Shown piece after piece: positions 23,525 through 39,706 of a DNA stretch of 64,000 nt. The number at the start of each line of letters is the position of its first letter. The first letter of the stretch is position 1. Under the pieces are notes generated by a model. It did not search any database. It had not been told where the DNA came from and saw only the letters and a program-made list of their open reading frames with translations. Where the stretch lies: assembly GCF_009914755.1 (NCBI RefSeq), contig NC_060926.1; one strand, 5' to 3'. Both the position numbers and the translations under genes were made by a program. The stretch comes from the human T2T-CHM13v2.0 reference genome, Homo sapiens.

Positions 23525-25325
23525 TTTTTTTAATTTTTAATTTTTTTTTTTTTTTGCAGAGCTAGCTGAGGTTTTATTTTGGACCAAAAAAAAAAAAAAA
23601 GCGATTGAATTGTTTTGTAGCTGGAGGAATGGGCAAGGGGGATCCCCAGGCAGTAAACTCACGAACGGGTGGGCTGAGGGCTAGGGCTGAGCCTCAGGTG
23701 GGTCTCCTGTTCCCTGTGCTCCCCTGCACAGCGGCCTCCCTCCCAAGCTCTGGGGCAGCTGCAGGAGGGGCACACTGGGAGGAGCTGCTGCAGCTGTTCA
23801 CTTGGGCAGGACATCAGAGGACTCGGACACCAGCTTCCCATCGTGGATCTCAATCTTCTTCACAACTATGGCCCTGGTGAAGCTGGTGTGGCTGAAGGAG
23901 ATGGAGCCCATGCCAGAGCCAAAGCTGGAGCCGAGGCCATAGCTGAGGCTGGGGCTTGTGAGACCCTCATAGGCCGAGCTCAGACCACCTGCATAGCCAC
24001 TGGTGGTCTTCATATGGATATTCATGTTCTGCATCCCAGACTCCAACTGGCTCTCCTCGCCCTCCAGCAGCTTCCTGTAGATGGTGATCTTGATGTCCAG
24101 GGCCAGCCTGATGTTCGTCAGTTCCTGGTACTCATGCAGCTGCTACGCCATGTCCTGCTTGGCCCGCTGCAGGGCAGCCTCCAGCTCGGAGAGCTTGGCA
24201 TTGGCATCCTTAACAGCCAACTCCCCACACTGCTAGGCATCTGCGATGGCAGCCTCCAGGGAAACTCTCTGGCCTTTGAGGCCCTCAATCTCAGCCTGGA
24301 GCTGGCTGACGTTCTGGTTCATCCCAGATCTCAGTCTTTGCATGCCGCAGGTCATCCCCGTGCTTCCCAGCCAGCGTCTGCAGTTCCTCATACTTGATCT
24401 GGTACATGCTCTCAGCCTCAGCCTGGCTGTGGTTGGCCATCTCCTCATACTGCGCCTTGACCTCAGCGATGATGCTGTCCATGTCCAGGGAGTGGCTGTT
24501 GTTCATGCACAGCACCACAGATGTGTCCAACATCTGGGACTGCAGCTTCTGGATCTCCTCTTCATACAGCTGCCCGAGGAGGTTGATCTCTTCAGTCAGC
24601 CCTTCCAGGCAAGACTCTAGCTCTACCTTGTTCATATAAGCTTCATCCACATACTGCCTGATGAGGACAAATTCATTCTCCATCTCTGTACGTTTGTTGA
24701 TCTCATCCTCATATTTGTTCTTGAAGTCTTCCACCAGCCCTGGCATGTTGCCAAGCTCTGCCTCCAGCTTCAGCCTTTCCAAGCCCAGAGTCTCCAGCTG
24801 CTGCTTAAGGCTGTTGATGTAGCTCTCGAACATGTTGTCCGTGTTGCTCTAAGCCATCTTCTGCTGCTGCAGGAGGGCTCCACTTGGTCTCCAGCATCTT
24901 GTTCTGCTGCTCCAGGAATTGTACCTTGTCTATGGAGGAGGCAAATTTGTTGTTGAGGGTCCTTCTCCTGGGTGCACACGGCCTGGATGTTGGGTTCCAC
25001 CTCCAGGTTAAGGGGGCTCAGCAGGCTCTGGTTGACTGTGACAGCAGTGATGCTTCCCATGCCACTGGCCCCACCATAACTTCCACCCAGGACACCCCGA
25101 AAGATGCTGCTGCCCACTCGGGAGAAGCTCAAGGAGCTGATGCAGGCACCGGGCCCACGCGCATAGGAGCAGTTGCCGAAGGCCTGGGGGCCAGAGGACC
25201 ACCTCTGGTGGACACCTTGTAGGACTTCTGGGTCACCATGATGGACATGGTTGATGCAGGAGTGGAGGCAGGTGGGCTGAACCAGATGGAGATCCCAGAA
25301 GGAGCAGGGAAGCTGCTTCTTGGTC
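23525..25325 (-). pseudogene. KRT8P15: Processed keratin 8 pseudogene (probably KRT8P15)
   Basis: Intronless; ATG 25248 (MSIMVTQKSYKVST); rod fragment [17 protein letters not shown]...; C-terminus [14 protein letters not shown] with stop at 23800-23798; several frameshifts; AATAAA 23578-23573; poly(A) remnant 23525-23555. KRT8 origin is firm, the P15 number is from memory. Confidence 0.93.
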
Positions 25326-25327
25326 TA

Positions 25328-25621
25328 TTTTTTTTTTTTTTTTAGATAGAGTTTTGTTCTTGTTGCCCAGACTGGAGTGCAGTGGCATGATCTTGGCTCC
25401 TTAACCTCCCAGGTTCAAGTGATTCTCCTGCCTTAGTCTCCCGAGTAGCTGGGATTACAGGCACCTACCACCAGGCCCAGCTAATTTTGGTATTTTTTTT
25501 TAGTGAAGACGAGGTTTCACCATGTTGGCCAGGCTGGTCTCGAACTCCTGACCTCAGGTGATCTGCCTGCCTCAGCCTCCCAAAGTGCTGGGATTACAGG
25601 CATGGGCCACCGCACCAGGCC
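25328..25621 (-). mobile_element. AluS abutting the KRT8P 5' end
   Basis: Reverse dimer; T tail starts 2-3 nt from the KRT8 5'UTR. Confidence 0.95.
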
Positions 25622-28237
25622 TATTGCAGCCATTATTTTTAATAGTTTTGTTTTTTAACATTCATATTAAAGACCCACCATTATACTATTATTCTAAATT
25701 TGTGTAATTGTACCAATGAGTTTTATACTTTTAGATGTTTTTGTGTTACTCATTAGCATCCTTTCCTCTCAGCTTGAAGAACTCCCTTTATCATTTCTTG
25801 TAAGACACATCTGGTGGTGATGAACTACCTCAGTTTTTGTTTGAGAAAGCTTTTATCTCCATCATTTCTGGAGGTCTACTTTGTCAAGTAAAGTATTGTT
25901 GTTTGACAGTTTTATTTTTTCCTTCAGCACATGGAATTTATCATCCCACTCTCTACTGGCCTGTAGGTTTCTCCTGAGAATCCACTTCTAGCCTTATTGG
26001 AACTCCTTTGTATGTGATTTGCTTTTCTCTTGCTACTTTCAGGATGCTCTCTTCATCTTTGATTTTTGACAGTTTGATTATATCTTAGTGTAATCTTGTT
26101 CAGGTTGAATCTGATTGGAGACCTTTGACCTTCTCATACCTGGATATTTATACCTTTCCTCAGATTTGGAAATTTTTCTGCTATTATTTATTTAAGTAAA
26201 CTTTCTGGTCCTTTGTCCCTCTCTTCTTCTGCTTAAACTCCTATAACTAGGATATTTGCTCTTTTGAGAAAATCTTATAAGCTTTAAATCTTCTAAGCTT
26301 CATTTTTTCTTCTCTGACTGTATGTTTTGAAATAATCTGTCTTTGAGTTCACATATTAATTCTTCTGCTTCATCAAGTCTGCTGTTAATGCTCTCTACTG
26401 CATTTTTTAGTTCATTAATTGTATTTTTCAGCTCCAGAATTTGATTTTTTTAAAAAAATAATTTTAATCTGTTACATTTCTTATTTTGGTCATCTATTGT
26501 TTTGCTGATTTCAGTGAAATGTTTCTCTGTATTTTTCTTTAAATTCACTAAACTTAAAGCAATTATTTTATATTATTTGAGAGGCAGTTTATATATGTCC
26601 ATTTCTTTGGGGTCAGCTACTGGGAGGTTATGTTTTTTAGGTGGTATTATGTCTCCCATTTTTCTTGTTGCCTTACATTAATGTCTGTGCTCTTAGTGGA
26701 ACAGTTACCTTTTGTAGACTTTATGGGCTAGTTTCATTGTGGACTGACTTTCCTCCATGGGGTGGGGTGCAGTGGTTCTGGCACTAGTCAGGGTGCCAGC
26801 TGTGTGGTCTCTGTGCAGCTCTGTCTGCTGAGATTGGTATGGATAAAAATCACAGGGATCCATAGCAACCAACGTTCTGAGTTTCTGCAGTGGCGCAAGA
26901 GTTGTTGGGGTCTTTGGTGGCAATGACTGCTAAGATCACCCCAATCTATTTTTTTTCCCATCAGAGAAGCTATGGCTGAAGGGATCCCTCTTGGCACTGG
27001 TGCCTGATGAGTAGCACCCATGGAATAATCACAGAACTCAGGCCTGATGCGCAAATGTGTGGAGGTACTGCAGTTCTGAGTTCCCAGGTAGTAATGGCAT
27101 TGGTGTCTGGGATGCAGGGATCCTTGCTGCTGTGTAACAGAATGCGAGATGCAGATGCTTGTTAAACAGCTAAGAGAACTGAGAATAAGAGCACTAGTGA
27201 GTGCAGCATTAGAGTAGCTCTAGGATTGGGGTAAAGCCAAGATCTCTGTGGCAGCAGAGCTGGTACCCAGCGTTCAGCCACACACAGCAAGAGCTTGGCT
27301 CTAGGGCCCAGGGTGCAAACTCTTTAGCTGTATACTTTTGACAAATGGATATCTTATATAGAACATTTCCAACTTCCCAGAAAGTTTCCTTGTATCACTT
27401 TCTTGCCAATCCCTACCTTATCAGAAGCAATGAATGTGTTTTTTTTCCTTAGCTTTTCCCAGTTTATTCTTTTTGATTGTTGAATAGAATTCCATTGTAT
27501 CAATATACCAGTGTTTCCAGTTTGGGACTATTGTAAATAAGGCTGTTATGAACATACCTATACAAGTATTTTTGCAGAAAAATGTTTTCATTTCTCTTGG
27601 ATAAAAATCCAGAATTGGATTTGCTGTGTCAAAGGATTGGTGTACCAGCCTCAGCAACAAAGTGAGACCCCATCTCTACCAAAAATAAAAAAATTAGCCA
27701 TACATTGTGGCATATGCCTGTAGTCCCAGCTACCTGGGATGCTGAAGTGGGAGGATCACTTGAGCCCAGGAGTTTGAGGCTGTAGTGAGCTATGAATGTG
27801 CCACTGCACTACAGCCAGAGGGACACAGTGAGACCCCATCTCAAAAAATCTATAAAAAAAGAAAATTAAAATTAAAAAAATAAAAAATAAACAAATAAGG
27901 AGTAGCAGCTGGAGGCCAACATATAATTTTTGCTACTGACAATGGTCAAGTTTCTGGATATAGCTTACTGTGAGAGCCAAATAATCTTCATAACCGAGCA
28001 CTAAAATTAAATTCAACAAGCCAGTCAGAGGTAACTGAATCACCAGAGGCTTCCCTGTATGAGAGAAGAAAGAAGGAATTGAGATAAACTTGCCCAATTT
28101 TTGCTTCCCAAATTTACCAGACAAGCCACTCCTCCTCTAGAAAGAAATGAGAGGGTAGAGAGAGACTAGGAGTTAAACTAATTGAGCTCCTTTAACATAG
28201 GAGGAAACGTCAAGAATGAGAAAGATATATTCCCTGT

Positions 28238-28740
28238 GTATTAATTTCCTACTGCTGCTATAAAAAATGATCACAAACTTAGTAACTTACAACAAAATTA
28301 ATTTACTGTCTTCCCATTCTGGAGGTCAGAGTCCTAAAATAAAGTTGTCAGACGGCTGCATTTCTTCTGGAGGCTACAAAGGAGAATCCATTTCATTGTC
28401 TTTTATAGCTTTTAGAAGCCACTTACATTTCCTGGCATGTGGTCCCCCTTCCTCCATCTTTAAGGCCAGCAGCATAGCATCTTCTAATCTTTCTCTAATT
28501 CTATATGTCATCACATTGTCTTATCTTCTTCTGACCTTTCTGCCTTCCCCTTAAGAAGACCTATGTGATTATATTGGACACACCTAAATAATCCAGGATA
28601 ATATCCCCATCTCAATATCCTTAACTTAATTACATCTTCAAAGTCTCTTTGAACACAGTCTCTTGCAACAGAAAGTAACATATTCATAGGTTTCAGGAAT
28701 TAGGACATGGACATCTTTGGAAGGCCATTATTCTACTACA
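28238..28740 (-). mobile_element. MLT1-family solo LTR
   Basis: tgtattaatttcct...ttctggaggtcagagtcc...gacatggacatctttgg. Confidence 0.75.
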
Positions 28741-29865
28741 GCCTCTATCAGTTTTCACTCTTATTTAGCAAAAGGATAGGCTCAAGTAATTTCTTCATAA
28801 AAGATACTTGAGGCCCGGCATGGTGGCTCATACCTGTAATCCCAGCATTTTGGGAGGCCAAGGCGGGTGAATTACTTGAGGCCAGGAGTTCAAGACCAGC
28901 CTGGCAAACATGGTGAAACCCTGTTTCTACTAAAAATATACAAATAAGCTGGGCGTGGTGGCAGGCACCTGTAATCCCAGCTACTTGGGAGGCTGAGGCA
29001 GAAGAATCACTTGAACCTGGGAAGCGGAGGCTGAAGTAAGCCAAGATCACGCCATTGCACTCAAGCCTGGGCAACAGAGCAAGAATCTGTCTTAAAAAAA
29101 AAAAAAAGGAATACTTTATTCCTTTTTACACTATACAGTATTTAAATTTTCAGCTGTGTCCTGGATTTGGAATTCAAATCTTAAGTAAAATAAAACAAAT
29201 CAATAATCTCTTTAGAGGTAGATTTGTATTCACTTATAACGTCTCATTACTATGACATCACTGAAAAGCAAGTGGAACTGATATTAATGTGCACACTGAA
29301 GCACTGAAATCCTCTTGAGAAAAATAATCTGTGAAGACTTTTGACTTAATATAACACTAGTGTTTGATGCAATTAAGAAAATATATTAGTCAAACCTGCT
29401 GTTTAACATAGTAGTCCTGCTTACTCTGGCTCCTAAGCCATGAGTTTTCTTACGAACACAATCAACATTCCTCAGAGTGACGGTTTATAAATAATTCAAC
29501 TTTGGAAGGGGGGAACTGGTAGGAAATGCTCAAAAATGTCGGCAATGGTTTTCTCTGCAGTGGGATCATGGATGACAGTTTACTGTAGTTTCTGATAGTT
29601 TTCTGCAGCAAATTTGCTACAATTAACATGTATAACTATTATTTGAATAACTATTATTATTATAAAAATGTTTTCTTATCAAGACCAGTTATACTTTTAC
29701 CCTTTTTGGTTTTTCTTTCTTTCTTTTTTTTTTAGACAAGATCTTGCTCTGTTGCCTAGGCTGGAGTGCAGCAGTGCCATTATGCTCTGACCTCCCAAGC
29801 TCAAGTGATCCACACGTGCATGCCATCACACTTGGCTAATTTTTTTTTCTTTTTTTTGTAGAGAT

Positions 29866-30165
29866 CCTAAGACTGTGCCCTCACCCCCACTAGACCAGAG
29901 ACTGGTTGCAAGTCAGGGTCTCCAGAACTTCTGACCCACCAGCTTCAAGTGGGGGGTTCCCAAGACTCCTTTTTGGGCTCGATTAATTTGCCAGAGTGGT
30001 TCACAGAACTCAGGGAAACACTCAGAGTCTCAAGGCAGGTCAAAGGAGGGCAGAAGGTCAGAGGCCTGTCCCTGAAGCCTAACACACCCAACACTGTAAC
30101 AAGACTGTAATGAGAGCTACGGAAGTTAGGAACCAGCAAATGTTGATAAAAAATAACACCACACT
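29866..30165. mobile_element. MER21-like LTR fragment
   Basis: gagtggttcacagaactcagggaaacact and ggggttcccaagac motifs. Confidence 0.5.
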
Positions 30166-30894
30166 ATCCAACACTTGCAAGCCCTTATCCAAAAGTGAGT
30201 CATTCATTCATTCATTCATTGTTAAATATATATTAAGTGCTTATAGTTTTATGTAGCAATCTTACCTGAAATGTGACTAATAATCAGTAAGTGCATATAA
30301 AAATATCTGAGAAGTTAAAATAGTTATTACAAGACTATATATTAAATCACATGAACTTTATTTGTAAGGGAGCTGGTCTCCCCCTCTCCTGCTAACAATC
30401 GAACACCTAATTAATAACAGAAATAGGATTGAAATTCTGATGTGCTGGGTACCATGAGTGAAATTTCCTTTGAACTGTATGTTGAAGAAAAACAGATTTT
30501 AACAGCAGGAGGCAAGGAAATACTATTCCAAATACAGGCTGAAGAAGAGAAAGGCAGATTGATGGTACAGATTGTAGAGACCTGTTTAGCAGAGAGACTA
30601 AACACAGAGAGTTCAGAACAATCTCTCCATATTCCAGACATAATCTAATAAAAGCCTGGACCAAGCCATTAGTGTAAGAATGGCTATAAAGGCAGATATC
30701 TACAGAACTTGGTAAATAATGATTAAGCAGTTTTGCCCCAGAAAAATAAGGGCAATTAGAAGAAGCAGTTCTCTAAGTGGGAAGGTTACACATTTCATCT
30801 GTGACATCTTGAATCTGAAATGATCAAGAACATCAGAGTTTTCCAAAATTTCCAACAGGTAATTAAAACTGTAGTAATAAAAAATTGTTTCAAG

Positions 30895-31100
30895 CTTGGG
30901 TCTCTAGTCAGACTGTCTAGGTTTGAACCTAAGAACTTTTTTTTATTAGCTGTGGGACCTCGTGCAAGTTACATTAATCTCTCTTTTAGTTTCCTCATCA
31001 GTAAAATACGAATAATGAAGTAAATGGATTGTTATAAGAATTAAATGAGAAATATATGTAAAGTGCTTGGAATAGAAATTGCTGGCACTTAAGAATTCAT
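30895..31100 (+). mobile_element. MIR
   Basis: Core agtttcctcatcagtaaaat...gaattaaatgaga...tgtaaagtgctt. Confidence 0.7.
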
Positions 31101-31194
31101 GTTATATTTTTTCATTTTACTTTTTATCAGAGCTTAGAATGAAATATTATATGGGAATTATATATATAGTTAAGCAGTGAGAACAAATGAGACC

Positions 31195-31560
31195 TTCAAT
31201 AAAATAGAAAGGGTGGTAAACAAAAAGATACAGGCACTTGTATGTTCACTGCAGCATTAGTCTCAATAGCAAAAACATGGAATCAACCTAGATACACATC
31301 AACAGTGGGCTGGATAAAGAAAATGTGATACATATACACCATGGAATACTATGCAGCCATAAAAAAGAACAAAATCATGTCCTTTGCAGCAATACGGATG
31401 CAGCTGGAGGCCATTTTCCTAAGCAAATTAATGCAGGAACAGAAAATCAAATGCCACATGTTTTCATTTTTAAGTGGGAACTAAACATTGAGTACACATG
31501 GACATAAAGATGGGAATAGTAGACACTGGGGACTACTGGAGTGGGGAGAAGGGAGGAGGT
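31195..31560 (+). mobile_element. L1PB/L1MA 3' fragment
   Basis: atggaatactatgcagccataaaaaagaac...tagacactggggactact. Confidence 0.75.
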
Positions 31561-31937
31561 GTTGAGATTAGCCACCATGCCCGGCTAATTTTTGTATTTT
31601 TAACAGAGATGGGGTTTCGCCATGTTGGGCAGGCTGGTCTCGAACTCCTGACCTCAGGTGATCCACCTGCCTCGGTCTGCCAAAGTGCTAGGATTACAGG
31701 CGTGAGCCACCGCGCCCAGCCAAACAGCATATTTTTAAACTTTTGGTTGACTATGTGAAAGTGCCAACATTAGGCCATTTTTTACCTATAAAAACAGCAA
31801 TTGCATGGGACTCAATCTAATAAAAGGAACCGAAACAAGTTTACTGAAGTGATCTAACTCATTTCAGAAGAAAGTCATCTGTGGGCAAATGATCTCCCTA
31901 ACCAAGAACATGTCCCAGCTCAATTCAGAGATCTGAG

Positions 31938-32090
31938 CTGACTGGCAAACTATGGCCTGCTGGCAAATTAGTCTTTAGCTGCTTTCTTGCTACAAAGGCA
32001 GTTAGGTACATCCAGCAAATTGCACAGCCCACAAAGCAAAAAATTATTTACTATTTGGCCATTTACAGAAAAAGTCTGCAGACCCCTGAT
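31938..32090. mobile_element. MER58-like hAT MITE
   Basis: ggcaaactatggcc...tttactatttggccatttacagaaaaagtctgcagacccctg. Confidence 0.65.
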
Positions 32091-34469
32091 CTCAGCCATG
32101 GTTCTAAAATATAGTCTGAAAAGTCATAAATCTCTTTAAGTTGTATTATTGTAATAAGACAATGTCTAGTCTTTGTATACATACATATATATTTTGTGTG
32201 TGTACAGATATATATAGTCATGCACCGCATAATGACATTTTAGCCAGTGATGGACCATATATACAACAGTGGTCCCATAAAATTATAACGGAGCAGAGAT
32301 CTGGCAAAATGGCCGAATAGGAACAGCTCTGGTCTGCAGCTCCCAGGGAGACAAACGCAGAAGGCAGGTGATTTCTGCATTGCCAACTGAGGTACCCAGT
32401 TCATCTCACTGGGACTGGTTAGGCAGTGGGTACAGCCCACGGAGGGCAAGCAGAAGCAGGGTGGGGCGTTGCCTCATCCAGGAAGTGCAAGGAGCTGGGG
32501 CCCTCCCTCCCCCAGCCAAGGGAAGCCACGAGGGACTGTGCTGTCTGGCCCAGATACTATGCTTTTCTCACAGTTTTTGCAATCCGCAGACCAGAAGATT
32601 CCCACATGTGCCTATACCACCAGGGCCCTGGGTTTCAAGCACAAAACCGGGTGGCTGTTTGGGCAGACACCGAGCTAGCTGCAGGAGGTTTTTGTTTTTG
32701 TTTTTGTACCCCAGTGGTGCCTGGAACCCCAGCGAGACAAAACCGTTCACTCCCCTGGAAAGGGGGCTGAGGCCAGGGAGCCAAGTGGTCTCGCTCAGTG
32801 GGTCCCACTCCCACAGAGCCCAGCAAGCTAAGAACCACTGGGTTGAAATTCTCACTGCCAGCACAGCAGTCTGAAGTTGATCTGGGACGATCAAGCTTGG
32901 TGGGGGCAGGGGCATCTGCCATTACTGAGGCTTGAGTAGGCAGTTTTCCCCTGACAGTGCTAAGGAGGCCAGGCAGTTTAGACTGGGCAGAACTCACCAC
33001 AGTGCGGGAAAGTGGCTATGGCCAGACTGCCTCTCTAGACTCCTCCTCACTGGGCAGGGCATCTCTGAAAGAAAGGCAGCAGCCCCAGCCAGGGGTTTTT
33101 AGATAAAACTCCCATCTCCCTAGGACAGAGCACCTGGGGGAAGGGGCAACTGTGGGCACAGCTTCAGCGGACTTAACATGTTCCTGCCTGCTGGCTCTGA
33201 AGAGAGCATCTGATCCTGACAAGGAGGATTCTCCCAGCACAGCAATTGAGCTCTGCTAGGGGACAGACAGCCTCCTCAAGTGGGTCCCAGACCCCCATGC
33301 CTCCTGACTGGAAGACACCTCCCAGCAGGGGTCAACAGACACCTCATACAGGAGAGTTCCAGCTGGCATCAGGCTGGTGCCCCTCTGGAACAAAGCTTTC
33401 AGAGGAAGGAACAGGCAGCAATCGTTGCTGTTCTGTAGCCTCTGCTGGTGATACCCAGGCAAACAGGTTATAGAGTAGACCTCCAGCAAACTGTAGCAGA
33501 CCTGCAGAAGAGGGGCCTGTTAGAAGAAAACCTAACAAACAGAAAGCAATAACATCAACATCAAAAAAGGACCCCCATACAAAAACCCCATCCAAAGGTC
33601 ATCAAGCCTCAAAGATCAAAGGTAGATAAATCCACCAAGATGAGGAAAAAACAGCACAAAAATGCTGAAAATTCCAAAAAACAGAATGCCTCTTCTCCTC
33701 CAAATGATCAAACTCCTCTGGGCACAAAACTGGACGGAGAATGAGTTTGATGAATTGACAGAAGTAGGCTTCAGAAGGTGGATAGTAACAAACTCCTCTA
33801 AGCTAAAGGAGCATGTTCTAACCCAATGCAAGGAAGCTAAGAACCTTGATAAAAGGTTACAGGAACTGCTAACTAGAATAACCAGTTTAGAGAAGAACAT
33901 AAATGACCTGATGGAGCTGAAAAACACAGCAAGAGAACTTCGTGAAGCATTCACAAGTATCAATAGCTGAATCAATCAAGCGGAAGAAAGGATATCAGAA
34001 ACTGAAGATCAACTTACTGAAATAAGGCATGAAGACAAAATTAGAGAAAAAAGAATGAAAAGGAATGAACAAAGCCCTCAAGAAATATGGGACTATGTGA
34101 AAAGACCAAACCTATGATTGACTGGTTTACCTGAAAGTGACAGGGAGAATGGAACCAAGTTGGAAAACACAGTTCAGGATATTATCGAGGAGAACTTCCC
34201 CAACCTAGCAAGAAAGGTTGACATTCAAATTCAGGAAATACAGAGAATACCACTTAAGATACTCCTCAAGAAGAGCAACCCCAAGACATATAATTGTCAG
34301 ATTCTCCAAGGTGAAACGAAGGAAAAAATGTTAAGGGGAGCAAGAGAGAAAGGTCAGGTTACCTACAAAGGGAAGTCCATCACACTAACAGTGGATCTCT
34401 CTACAGAACCCCTACAAGCCAGAAGAGAGTGGGGGCCAATATTCAACATTCTTAAAGAAAATAATTTTC

Positions 34470-39706
<5,237 letters not shown>

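Larger units (their letters stand above)
27645..31721. mobile_element. Four Alus (27645-27895 +, 28812-29106 +, 29703-29863 -, 31567-31721 -)
   Basis: Alu consensus; three are partial. Confidence 0.88.

Noticed and set aside
23843-24639. Plus-strand ORFs of 81-184 aa
   Set aside because: Antisense shadows of keratin coding sequence.
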